A stretch of 64,000 bases of DNA, taken from Acanthaster planci (taxonomy: Eukaryota). Made by a program: the position numbers and the translations under genes. The DNA lies in NCBI RefSeq assembly GCF_001949145.1, contig NW_019091361.1:3063854-3127853 (forward strand), in the 5' to 3' direction. The notes beneath the pieces were generated by a model. The model was not told the DNA's origin. It worked only from the letters and a program-made list of their open reading frames with translations, and ran no database searches. Shown here piece after piece: positions 39,075 to 51,490 of the stretch (positions within the stretch are counted from its first letter, which is position 1; each line of letters opens with the position of its first letter).

Positions 39075-39136
39075 CAAGTCTGACTACTTTGATTGGTGGA
39101 AATTCCAAGTCTGACTACTTTGATTCGTGGAAATTC
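39075..39136 (+). repeat. 31-bp tandem duplication
   Basis: caagtctgactactttgatt(g/c)gtggaaattc x2. Confidence 0.9.
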
Positions 39137-39205
39137 TCTATACATTATGCAAGATCATTTCGTCCGTATGAAAATTATGAATAAAAAAATTCATGAAACA
39201 AACCA

Positions 39206-39569
39206 TACAAGTTGTTTCAGAAAGTACAAAATAGAAGTTTGATTTGTTTCCAAAGCGAAATCTTTTATCATGGATCGATAGACCTTGGTTTCTTGTTTTG
39301 TTTGTCATCACATCATTCACCAGCCGTTCTGCATGAGTGAGCAGAGGGGATTTATATTTTCCTAATTTATTAAACCTGGCTTGGGCATAGAGATGAAAGG
39401 GTTAAAACAGAATTACAAGCCGTGGTTGTAAAGTTTGCGCCTGTGTTCACTCATGCAGAACGGCTGATAAATGATGTGATCGATACATGATAAAAGATTT
39501 CTGAAAGCTAATCAAACTTCTATTTTGTAGACAATTTTCTAAATGTATGCTTTTTTGAAACACCCTGTA
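39206..39569. mobile_element. Tc1/mariner-type MITE with long inverted arms
   Basis: TA-flanked ends tacaagttgtttcagaaag / cttttttgaaacaccctgta; internal arms (aaaatagaagtttgatt, cagccgttctgcatgagtga) present in inverted copy. Confidence 0.75.
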
Positions 39570-39632
39570 CAGAGAAATATAGGAAAAGTGATTAGTTGCT
39601 TACGTGTGATTATAAAGATGTACAAAGAAATT

Positions 39633-39705
39633 GACTTGAGTGGGATTTAAACCTACGACCTGCGGAACATCATACCGGTGCTCCTCTAACTGAGCTATCC
39701 AGCCC
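39633..39705 (-). repeat. tRNA-derived repeat (pseudo-tRNA), with the 3' half of a divergent copy on + at 39722-39753
   Basis: Minus strand GGGCTGGATAGCTCAGTTAGAGGAGCACCGG...GGTCGTAGGTTTAAATCCCACTC: A-box present, B-box mutated, poor stems. Confidence 0.65.
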
Positions 39706-42085
39706 TGCGCTGGTGGCTCTTTGGAGGTCACAGGTTCAAATTCCGCTCCAGTCTATACCCAGCAAGAAATGAGACCGAGTGCATTTGGTTTCCAGTCCAT
39801 ACTCGCCTTGGCAGGTTTTCGCCGGGTACCCCGGTATATTTCTCATTATGAGCAAACCGGTCTAGCGTTGTTATTTCCTCTTGTTGCACGATCTGGTCAT
39901 ATCTCTTCACATCTTTTCGGTTGGGCGATTTTGTTTGAGCTCTTTGCCAAATTGTGGCCTAAAAGTAAATTCAATATAAATAAGTGGTCGACTTAACTTG
40001 TGATGAAAGGTGGCCAGAAGGTGGCGCTCGCACTTTCATCACTTGTACTAGTGTGCTCGTCTTCGATGTTGTTTTGTTAAATTCAAATGCGTTTCACTTT
40101 GTTTGCTACCTCCATTCCACCTGCATTTTTGGTTGTGGACATCCAGCAGTGAGAGACATTGAGACGCTTGGTGGCGGCAAACATAACGGTCCTTTTTGGT
40201 TCATGCGCGCATGCGCGTGCAGTTCTAGGTATGCGCATCAATTCTGAGCACGCGCACGACTGCGGAAAAGGACCGGTTTGTCTGCCGTCACCATGCGTCT
40301 CAAAGTCTCCTATTAATGTTTGTGAGGTCACGGCACTGGCCCCTAGATTCGCAGTTTCTATTCTCGATTGTAAACGCATTAAATGTGCACAGTCAACGCA
40401 CGCAGCGAAACCTAACACCTCGGCAGCTGTGAGTGCATCTGATGCTTCTTAAAACCCTGAGTGTCCCCGAAGCCACGCTTTCCGGAAAATGCTATTTTTT
40501 TATTTTAGTCCTCGCTGAGCAGAGATTTATCTGAATTCCCCTCTCATAATGCTTCCCAGGGTAGCTTGCCTTTTGCTTAATGGTAAATTGCAGAGTGAGG
40601 AACAGTATTTTTTTTACAATGGAAGGAAACAAGAAAGCGCAGCTCTCTGAAAAGATTAGATCTGCGTTTTGGAAGGTTTTAACGAAAGTTTTCTCTAGTG
40701 CGGGGGAAATTAGCTTAAAGTGCCAATCGTAGAGTGGGATTGTTAAAATCTGAGGACCCTGCTCTGTGGAATTCTGAAGCTTTGAAGTTGTAATGGGAAT
40801 GGACAGGCTGTATTTACATCTTGAGGTGGCCACTTAAAACCAACCCCTCCGAATCGATACTTTTATTTATCGATACTCTAAATTAGAATTGGATTGGATT
40901 GTTTCCATAGTTAATATTAGTATTACACGTATCTATCGAAATATAGTGCGGTTAAGCTTTAACTTGCCCCTTTGCCACAAGCAACCACATTCTCGGGGCC
41001 TTGCTCATTGTGACCTAAGTCTTGGGAGAGGATCTGGTGGTAGAGTCCTGCCACAGTGAAAACGAGGTTGGCGATAGGGTTACCCAATGAAATGAACTCG
41101 ACATAGATGTGCCTTGCATACAGTGATGTAACGATGGAAGCCGCGCCCAAGAGGGATTATGTATATTGATCACTCTTTCTTTGTGCCGAAAACAGTCAAA
41201 GATTGTGGTTTTATGCTTTTCGTTTCCTTTAAACGGTACACAGACTTATTCAGCACTTCTTACTCATATTTAAATTCTCACATTTTCATTCTTGTCCAGG
41301 GAGGGTGCCAAAATTAGAATCGGGGTGCATGCCATCAGGTTAAATGCCGCGATTAGTTTCAGCATCCCAAAGTTATAGAAAGACTTTCCGCATCCAGGTG
41401 GAGGGCCATGTCGTTTTATTCAGGCCGCGGGGTCAGTGCGCTACGAAGCACCCATCAGTGCTTCCCCGCTGAATGCATTACGCGACAAATTCGAGGCAGG
41501 AGCCGATAGCAACCAACATTATACTGCAGATGTCGCATTTTCGTTTGTTGTAATGCACACTTTAACGAGGGAGAGTCAAAAGGTGAACATCTGCGGAATG
41601 CAACCCCGAAAATCGAAATTCAGTTACAACCGGTATCATTGTTGGTAAGGGGGGGGGTTGTTCAGTGTGTGTACGTTTGATGAGACCGGTTCGATTTCTA
41701 CCTTGTGGACCACATTGTGGATTGGTTGTTAATTCGTATCGGATGTGGGGTCGCCAAAGTAATTTGTAAGCGTTGAAACAAAAAGCCTCATCATGCGTTT
41801 CTACATTCTTGGACCTGCGAGAAAAAATACACGTAAATATGTAGGCCTAGCGCCTAAGTCAGATACTGAGGAAATCATGTCGGACCTATTGTGACTATAT
41901 CGCGACGGGGAGGTTCTAACTATAGTCAGTCGTGTAGTTATTTAAACATCAACGGCATAAGCTTAAAGTCAATACGAAACTTTACTGGTATGTGTAAACT
42001 TAAAAGAATTGGATGTACTGTACATGACATGTACAGTTGGTGGCGGTTTTCGTAACCAGTCTAGCTGTAGCATCAGTAACCGGGG

Positions 42086-42273
42086 TATACTCAGCAAGAA
42101 ATGAGACTGAGGGGTACCCCCCCCCACATGTCCAATCCCTTTACACATTCCAGACTATTGTTACTCAACACATCCCCCAAGATGTCTGAAAGGAATTCCC
42201 CAGATTCCCGCGAGACAATGACCAACACAAAGCAGGGGGGGGGGTTCTCTCCGTCTCATACCTTGCTGCATAT
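42086..42273. mobile_element. MITE-like element; a related end occurs at about 39754-39780
   Basis: tatactcagcaagaaatgagactgag...ccccc / ggggg...ctccgtctcataccttgctgcatat inverted ends; tatacccagcaagaaatgagaccgag at 39754. Confidence 0.7.
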
Positions 42274-45200
42274 GAACCGGGGGTAAGTCTGCTGAACCTG
42301 GTGTTCGTCCGTGCGTCATTAGGGTTGAGGAGTATACAGCGGTAAGTCACGTGGGCCCGGTAAATTTTGGCCAGCGGGTCCTTATAGGCGACAGGTTGCT
42401 TTGACAGACGCGAAGGGTGGGCGGTGATTTCAACACCATGTTCTTGGCGGCTTCGTGGAAGGATCTAGAGATACATCATTTTCACAGCTGGCACCCTTGT
42501 AGCAGTGCGGTTCACACCTGCAGAACATTTCAACGTGCAAATCCGGTTACTTATCATCGGGAAATGACACTTTCCACGTCCAGCTTTCACCCAGTGTGGT
42601 TGAGCGATTGCTGTACTGATCTATATATGTGAATGGTACAGTGTCATTTCATCCGAGTTCAGTCAGCCTGAGAAGCTACTTTAGTGGATTATTTATTATT
42701 AAGTGTTAAAATTCCAAAATTTATTTAGCTCTGAGAGCTTTGTGCACAGTATGAAAACAAATAACCACGACGGTTGTTAAAATGGTGTGCAGGTTGAGTC
42801 CGGGTTACAACTAAATTGTCAATCACAATCAAGTTTATGCTTTCACCAACCACATATTCAACGCATAACGTCGTGTAGTGATTAGTTTTCGGAACGCAGC
42901 CCTCTTTTGTGCCCTATCTCCTAGCGATGCCTGACGTCACGGTAGGCGGACTCAATTGTCCAGGACAATAGACCTGATAGAGACCAGGGAGGGGCTAGAG
43001 AGTGGGTGAACTGCTGAGCCGTGTGAGTGTGTGTGTACACAGACCCCACACAATGTGGTCGGGCACCTGGTGAAAGTGACTGCGCCAGGTGAGTGAAGTT
43101 CCGCGTATAAGTGATGCCCACTTGTGTCCAGTTTGTTTATGCACATTCGGTCGCTATGATTGTCTGCTACAACATTGGGTTTGTGCGTGATGTAACTTCA
43201 TCTATTGGTTGGACCTCACGGGGCCGGAGTATCAGTTCACCCTCATAAGAAGCCAGACTTGAAGCATCTCCATGACCAAGTGGTAGTCGAGGTAAAAGGT
43301 AAGTGCACATTCGAGAAACTTAACGTGGTCGTGTTTTTCCCGGTGGATTAAGGAACAACGGGGAAGATACAGTGAGGTATGATACAGCAAATCGTACGGC
43401 TTCGTCGTTGTCAAGCGAACCCTTTATTAGAGCATGGAGGTATTAGATCACGAAGGGTGTTTTCCTACCTCAATGATTAGAGGAATGTTCGATACTATAT
43501 TCGATGGCACTCGTAGCTTGGGTACCATTCGGTGGCTTGACTTATTTTTATCTATCAGAGCGACAGCCACATGCATACTCAGTATTTGCTGGGTACCTCA
43601 AGGTTTGAATTTCTTTATAGATCCCTTTCACCTGTAGATGAGTTTGGAGTGTAAATTGCATACACGTATGCACGTAGGACCGCTGGCTGTCTTTTAAAAT
43701 GAGATTTAAGTGAGATTCGTTGAATTATACTTTTACTTATACGAGAGTTTGCTTGTGCTGTAAATGTAAGAAAAAAATGCAACTTGAGGCCGCTTGACTC
43801 TGTCTAGCAATCACGAGTTAATATCATGAGTACGGACAGTCATAAGCATAATGAAAGACCCAGGGTATCTTCAAAAAACACTTTATAAAATCCCAGGAGG
43901 AACAAGCGGAAAAACAAGCCCCGAAGAGGACCGTGCTCAAAATGTGATCGTAGCGAAACACAAATCCCGATGTCTTCCACTCTGCTTGTCGATACCTGCA
44001 CATTTTTTTGATCGGTGTGGGCTACATTTCAATCGAATGCACTCCACAACGCCGCAATTATTGAACAAAACAGAGAGACTTACATCAGCGTCTCCGTATT
44101 CAATCCATCGGTATTTCCAACACCTGTGATCATTGTTTGAGCTGTGGGTATAACATGACGACTTTCGTCACCTTTAGTCCTTGAAGCATTCACGCCCCCT
44201 CCGCAGAAGATTTTCACAGCCGGAGACCGTTTAAGGAACACTACTGAGCGATTGTCGAGCGATTTGGTTTTATCCAAAGCATGTTCGATCGGTTATCGAA
44301 CCTCGTTTGGAGAAAAAGAAGGCTTCATGCCTTGCTGCTGAGGCAGATTGCTCGAATCGATCCAGATCTGTGGCATAACACACACCATCACGAGTGTTGC
44401 CTCAGTGCGCCTGTGCAACAAGAAACCCTTTGAAACAACGACCAGTGAAGACTTCAGTATACCACACCCCCCCCATCCCCCGTGCAAAACATCGGTATCA
44501 TGTGAGCGGATCGTCTTGAATACCGAAAGTCCAAAAGTATTGATAGCATATAAAAGTGTTGAACATACGCCATGGGTTCATATACAGACGAACCCATGGT
44601 ATGTTCAACACTTTTAGACTGGCTCCCGCCTCGCCTTTTACTGTAGTAGTGTTAGACTCCTGGCGTCAGCAACGTTGATTCGAGCACACCCTGTTTTCCC
44701 TTTGCATAATTGTTACATTCGGGGGGAAAAATCGAGTCTGTACTCTCAAAGCGAAGACCCTTTAGCGTCTTAAATACCAGCAGCCCAGTACAGTGCATGT
44801 GCTTTCTATGGTCCGGATGAAGCAATACATTTGCACTCCGTTATTTGTTAATGTTGGGTCGTGCGGTTACTGTTTGATAGTGACTGCAGCCATTATACCA
44901 TGGACTCCTGTGTAAATTTAAGCCACATCCAATTAATTTGGACACGGCCTAATGCAAGTGCTAGAATTCAAGATTAATCTGCGATGTCCTACTTATTTTA
45001 ATGTCCTACATACGATGGCTTTTGAGGCTGGACACCCAAAATATCGACGGTTGGGGGTAGTTTGCTTCTCGGAAGAAAATTATGATTCGTCCTTCAGCTA
45101 CCTGTGGTCTATTTCATACGTGTAAGCTGTCGTGATGTATGAGATGGACCACACTACAGGCAATTCAGTGAAATTGTACCTCTGAGCCGTGATTTTTTTA

Positions 45201-48200
45201 TACGTATATATCAGCATAAAGGCCCACCTGAAGTCGACAACGAAGCATGGCTATGAGGAATTCTACGATCGGCACGACTCGGCTGTTATGAATACCGCCC
45301 TCTCGTGATTATTTATAATTTCATGAGGGTGGCGCTATTTTGCAACTGTTGCCAGGGCTATCTAAAAGTAAAAGAGAGTAAGGCCAGCTTGATACAATAT
45401 GCCGGGCTGTCCATTATATGTACTGCAGAGTGTGTGGCTTTCCGTATACCAACTGTCCAAGTGCACTGGCGCTTATACCTGCCAGTCTGTTTCCAACGAT
45501 GGTGGTTCTCATGTCAAAACTCTATACACGGCTCTGACTGTTGCCAGGAACCCGATGGGTTTCCAAAGTCTTGGCCTCGCCACCCAAATTTCACGAATGT
45601 AGTCCAGTGGTGGGAGACCCTTGGATCACTATCTTCAGCTTTATTTTTTCTGCTCCGGAAACCTGAATTATCTCTCAGTAACTTCAGGGTTAAAATATGG
45701 AGTAAGTTGGAGAAATATTAACGTTATTATGGAGGATGTGAAACGGATGACATAGACAGAATCGAGATGTGGGTCATTGGGCTTTAGAGACAGCCAAGCT
45801 TGAGTCTATTTGTGGTCAGTATTGTCGGGTTGTAAATCATTTATATCAGAATCAGATCTTTTGAAGTAAACTGAAGCTGTGAACTGGAAAGAACACCCCA
45901 GATGTCATAAAATAATAATTAAAAAACTCACTGCCTCAGGATTAGGAGCATTGTGTTGAAATTTTCAAAATGGGAGATTTGCTTTTGTATGTGTTACTTC
46001 CGTGCTGCTTAATTAATGTGCGAAAATATCAGCAAGAAATGATGACTTTTGGCTAAAACCTTGATTTGAAATTTGCTTTTCAGAGGATGAATACGATAAA
46101 TCTGACTTTAAAAATAATGATTAGGTAAATCTCCGCTGGTTATTGAAAAGCCCTCATGCACTACATAAAATATGATAGACTTTAGTTATTACTGAGGTAA
46201 TTATGCGGGGAAAAACAGCTGTGACAGTTCACACCCACGTTGACGAGATTAGGAGTGACGTCATCACCAGCGCTTGGCGTGAACGGCTGCTACAAGTAGT
46301 GTAATCCTAGTCGCAACACTTGTTTCAGATCTGTTGGCAGTAAGGCAGAGGTGACGTCATCCGCAGCTTGATTCTCGATAAACGCGCCGTGCCTTGTCAT
46401 CAGTGCTTGCCAGAATGCGCCAAATCTCCCCGTTCATTACGGGTGCCATTATGTTCAGGGGCCATTTTTCTCGGCTGTGGGACGATGCAGGGTGTCATGT
46501 CATCCCCTTATATGTGTTCCTTTACATGTGGTGGTCTGGGAGTGCGAAAGCGCACTCTCCTCGCGATGATCGATTGAATCCTGCATAAACGGGCGCGCGT
46601 TTGGTGGCCCATTGCAAGAGCGCGGGAAAAGCATCCCATCGTCCCGGTTGGCACGTTTTAACGTGTTTCGGTCACCGCACGTCAGAATATAATGCACGCA
46701 CTACAGGTCTACCTAATGATTATTGTTCTCCACCACCGCTGTGAGGTCATCGTTACGAAATCAATTCACAATCGTAGCTGGCCTTGGATAGGGACTGCCG
46801 TGATTAAAGACCTCAATTATTTCGGAATATGACCTGTATGAAGATGCCAGCATCTATGGCGCTCTAAATTAAGCTGCGAAATTAGACTTCCTGCATAATT
46901 CAATATACTGTACATGTAGCAAGTTCTGCTAAAATTATGGGGGGTAGCAACGAGTGTAGAGATGAACATGGAGGAAGGATCCTTCCTCTATTATGATGAA
47001 CGAGTGAAGTCACAGCACCAGACTGCACTGTGTGTTTCTGCATATATCAAGCATTATGCTCCCGGAAACACGAATCATTATGCATGTGATTATTAAGGTT
47101 TTGATTTGCCCTGGAGTCTGAATCGAAATAAACCCAAGTCTTTTGATTGAACCGTGAGGTTTTTTATTCCAGGTCGTTTGCGGTCTTATCCTGTGCTTAA
47201 TTCAGTCTGAATTGACAAGGATTGTATTCTGATAATTTTCTTTCAGGCTGTCAAGATGGCTGGTATTTGGGCCCGTGTTTTAGCAAAAACGATCCTGAAA
47301 TTTGACGATTCGTAAACTCCTGCGGGTCAATACTGCATTGTAATTATGCACAGAAGTTTTCTTCAGACCCGACGAGAAAAGGAAATGCAATCAAATCCCA
47401 GTTTTTTTTCCCGCTGGGCATATTAGTAATGTAGAATTTAGTTTGGACAAAATCTGATTCCCACATATGACATGGCCTTTTATACTCGTGTAAAATGCCA
47501 GCAACAGTTAGTTGTGGAACGGAAAATGGATTCTTAATTCAGCGCAAGCAGTGGTCCCTCGCAGTGCAGTGCCAGCAAGCAGAAAGGCCACTTATGCTAA
47601 TGTCGCACCTGCTAGAGAGAAAAACAACACCGATGACACTATCGGATCGGACCGGATAATTTCTAGGCAAACCGCCTGTGTCCCGCCGGCTCCAGTCGGC
47701 ACGAGTCCACACAGAGAGACAGCCACCGCATTGGGGGCGGCGATTATCGTTCTCCTGCGGGTCTTTACGCGCTGGGGAGGGGATTACCTATTTCTTATTT
47801 TCCTGCTGAATTGTCGCCTGACCCTACTGTTCCGCTAAAGGGTGTAGGGATGCAGTGCCTCATAAGTGTCCAGTGACGACGGAGATTCAGTGTCGTGAAA
47901 CCGGACTCCGGCGGGGTTGTGAAATGCCGTCGAGGCAAACGATTTTTGGAGAATTTCCTTTATGGTGCAGTCATGCAGCTGTTGCATTTTTACAGCGAAC
48001 ATTCTTCTAATCGAGTCAGTACGTTACTTGGCAGTAAGTACATAATGTAATTTGCGAATGGCCTTTGTTTCTGTTTGTGGGGATGTGGAAGTACAGTACA
48101 TGTATGTGTTTTGCCACAAGCATCGTTTTCTGTGATTTCTTTTTTGGGAGGGGCTGCAATTCTTAACACTTCCAGGTGGCAGTAAGGTATTGCAGCCAAA

Positions 48201-50397
48201 GAAAACTCAGGAAAACGACCATAGAACAAATTCTCTCTCACTTTGGGGGTAACCCTTGCAGTGGGAGAGGATCTGTTCTGTCTCTCCTGATTAGGTAAAC
48301 TTAAATTGGATGGTTGAATCAACAGGTATCATAAAATTGACGATTATGATGAATGTTAAAGAGACTGTTACCTCGTAGGTTTTGGTGTGGCCGAGAGCTC
48401 TGTGGGGTGTGTGTAAATGAAATATCTCACATCTTCAAGCAGAAAAATCACGGAGGTTAGAGTTCCTGACAAACTATTGGCCAGTTTCCATTGTTGGGAG
48501 AAAATGCATCATGTGTGGGTCTGGGACTTGTTTGTTTCATTATTTCTTGAATAAAGGTGATATGAAGTTTGAGTTACCCGTCGGAGCGCAAGGCTGATAT
48601 TCTATAGTTTGTCCCACTGCATCATCTTCGTTCCCACATATTAAGTAATTGGAAAATGTATACATGGTTAGCCTCGCTTTCGACTCAGATGGCTGACTCA
48701 ATAACCGAAATGGCCATGAGATAAAATACTCTTCATCCTGCATTACACGCGTAACATGTATTGTGGTTTGCGGAGGGATGGACTCAGTGTCTCCAAGGGC
48801 TGTCAAGGTTTATATGTTGTTCAACCTTCAAATAAAGTCAACTGAAAAAAATCCAGCTGAAAAGTCTGTGTATATGAATGTACAAAACTTGAAGCTTTGT
48901 AGTAAGTTTGTGAAAGATGCGTGGCCGAAAACAAGATTCAATATGGTTTCACTTCGAGAGAAAAGTAGAAATGACAGGGAAAAATAGATGTCATACATTT
49001 TGCAAGACTTGTGGGAAAGAAGTAGTCAGAAGGCTGAAACATACTTTGCAGGCTGTCAGATAACAAATATCGCTTCCATTTAACTTTCCCCTGCAGTTGT
49101 CCACAAGGAGGTGACATTTTGAATAGTAATTGAATATGTACGCAACCTGAGGACAAAAACCTTTCATGCACTAAAATCATTTTTTTAAATCAGATTTTTG
49201 AAACAAGTCATGATTTTTAACAATCCTTGGCCTCAGTAAAACGTCACGTGGTTTACTGAGAGCTGATTAGCAAGCAGGTCATAATGCTTTCAACCAAAAG
49301 ATGGTCTGAGTCTTCAAAATTGGCTTCGTCATCTATACAGACCATCGTATAGAAAAAGGAAAGGGGAGTTTGGGTTTAATGTTCTCAGTAACTATGGACG
49401 ATTTTTACAAAGGGTCAGGAATGACGGATCATTGCTGGTGCTAAAATTGGTTTTCCGTGTTGGCGAGAGGCACTAAGGCGCAGTGCTATGTTCGGCCTAA
49501 GATGGGTCATCTCATCACCATAGTGTGATCGCGAGGGATTATGGGAAACTCGTCAACGACAGGGTTATCGCGTTCAATCACGCGGCCAAATTGGGGTTCC
49601 GGGATCTCAACCTATTTGTTTTCGTTTCCCTGGTGGGTTTGTACACGGTCCATCTCAAGAAATGTGGTGACCATGCATCTTGACAGAATTGTCATGGGAG
49701 TTGAAGACATCATCGGGAAAGCAGTGATGGCAGGTAAAAGGACACCAGAATGAAGGGGAGAAACGGGGAACACGTTGAACGGAACGTATGACTTGACTAC
49801 ATTAATGGCGTTTATCAGTTTGTTTTATGCCCGTGTAAAAAGGCGACGAGCGAAATTGAAAACACGGCTGTGTATACAGACCTTTCTTGAGATAGCCTTC
49901 ATGCATGCAACACTACTGTGTCCAAGAAGACCAGTTTTGACTTCACCGATTTCATATTGTCGTTAAGGCTGACATACTTCCAGCCCGAACATCATCTTGT
50001 CTGAGTACTGAAAAAAAGAAAAAAATGAACTTCCAAATGATGTAAACATAGGAAACAATCCATGTAGAAATCCTACCCACCCCCTTTTCAAAAGACCGTA
50101 GATTTCCATTTGTTGTAACCCTAATACTCCTAAATACTCCAATTTTAATACGATTTTACATACACCCTAGGGGGTTAGGGTTAAGGTATCTGAACAGTTG
50201 TGATAGCGTCCTGACAACCCAGCAGAGGTCAACTGTCGATCGAAGTCTGGAGCCTCAAATTCGCTGACACCACAAACACGAACAAGAAATCATGTAGTCT
50301 ACACATACCACCTAAGTGCAAGAACACGGCTTAATAGGCTAATGTTATGCATCGCTCAGACTCCATTTTGTGTCCAAGTTTTATAGGACTCCCTCTT

Positions 50398-50535
50398 GGC
50401 CTTTTTTCACGCAGATCCGGATCGTGATTAGTGATCCGTCAGTGGTTCACCGACACCAAAACCCACCTAATGGATTAGTGGGAACCAACCATGGGATCAC
50501 TGATCAAGATCGAGATCCGTGTAAAAAAACTGGCC
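50398..50535. mobile_element. MITE-like element with about 40-bp imperfect TIRs
   Basis: ggccttttttcacgcagatccggatcgtgattagtgatcc / ggatcactgatcaagatcgagatccgtgtaaaaaaactggcc. Confidence 0.7.
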
Positions 50536-51019
50536 CTCTGCCTCTGCCCTCTACGGCAGTGCTTTAGACGTCTCAGCGTTAGCGCGCCACCCGATGTTGA
50601 TTACGAGTAAACCGCGCAAGAAAACATTCTGATCAAGACTGCATGTTGCGACGTTAAGGTACCAGATTGTGGCCATCCCGATGCACTGAATTTTGTATAA
50701 AGACCAAATACGGTCATACCATCACCAACACCACGAAGTAGCACTCAACTAGCACTTGCGTGCTACTTCGTGAAAAACCGTGTTTACAGCAATTTCGGTT
50801 TCACGAAGTAGCACTCGTGTGTATTGTCAATATAGCATGGATATGAACGCTTTGAAAGGTTTACCCGTAAATATGTGACTTGACTAGAAGATGCCCTTAA
50901 AACTCGTTTTAACTGTTTAAATAAAGGAAAGGTCAATTCCTGAAATCGACAACTCACGTAGCACGTGCCGCACAACACCGAGTGCTACTTCAGGAAAATG
51001 AAAATAACACATTTCTATA

Positions 51020-51490
51020 ATACGCAGGGATCATACATACATTACAGGTAATGTGGTTTATTGCATTACATGTCGTTGCTGTGGTAAACTGTACATCGGA
51101 GAGACCAAGAGTCGCCTCGGTAACCGCTTCGCGGAACACTTGCGCAGTGTGCGCAAACAAACACCTGGTTTCACTGTTGCGCAGCACTTTTGCGCGCCGC
51201 CACATTCCCTCGGTGACGTAAGCGTCTGCATTCTGCGGAAAGCGTCATCCGATGTACAGCGTAAGGAACTAGAGCAGCGTGTCCTTTTCGAACTTGGAAC
51301 GCCGAATCCAGGGGAAATGAACCTGGATTTTTCCGCGTTCATTCAGAACGGAATCTGCTTGCGCTGAAGAAGGTACTCAGGTACCGAAAGCTCGGCAATC
51401 ACATATTCCAGAGCACTAATTTAATCTTATATTCTTGTCAATATTCTGATCACAGTGCTACGCAGCCCTTCCATATTTCTCTGATCTATA
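51020..51490 (+). mobile_element. Penelope-like retroelement 3' fragment: GIY-YIG endonuclease plus pseudo-LTR
   Basis: NVVYCITCRCCGKLYIGETKSRLGNRFAEHLRSV...VAQHF...H...RKELEQ...LGT..P..MN: GIY-YIG with the Cys/His residues typical of Penelope; no RT domain upstream. Confidence 0.9.
51359..51398 (+). ncRNA. Minimal type I hammerhead ribozyme motif in the Penelope pseudo-LTR
   Basis: ttgc-g-CTGAAGA-a-GGTAC-tcag-GTACC-GAAA-gc-TC-g-gcaa: both core boxes, perfect 5-bp stem II, palindromic AGCT stem III and ttgc/gcaa stem I. Confidence 0.75.

Noticed and set aside
38729..39184. 151-aa ORF and its antisense partner ORFs
   Set aside because: They run through the palindromic MITE, which explains the mirrored peptides; no domain recognised.
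39633..39705. Functional tRNA gene
   Set aside because: T-loop is mutated (GTTTAAAT), acceptor and anticodon stems pair poorly, and it sits in a repeat cluster.
42154..42282. Apparent exon MSERNSPDSRETM...MNRG followed by gtaagt
   Set aside because: It lies almost wholly inside an inverted-repeat element with a related copy at 39754; no recognisable protein.
47996..48033. Small exon-like block (tttttacag...gtaagt), and a similar one at 59250-59331
   Set aside because: Splice-like signals only; no recognisable peptide or linked exons, and such matches are expected by chance.
50709..50735. 5S rRNA-like start (tacggtcatacca)
   Set aside because: Similarity ends after about 13 nt; the sequence is better explained as the end of an inverted-repeat element.
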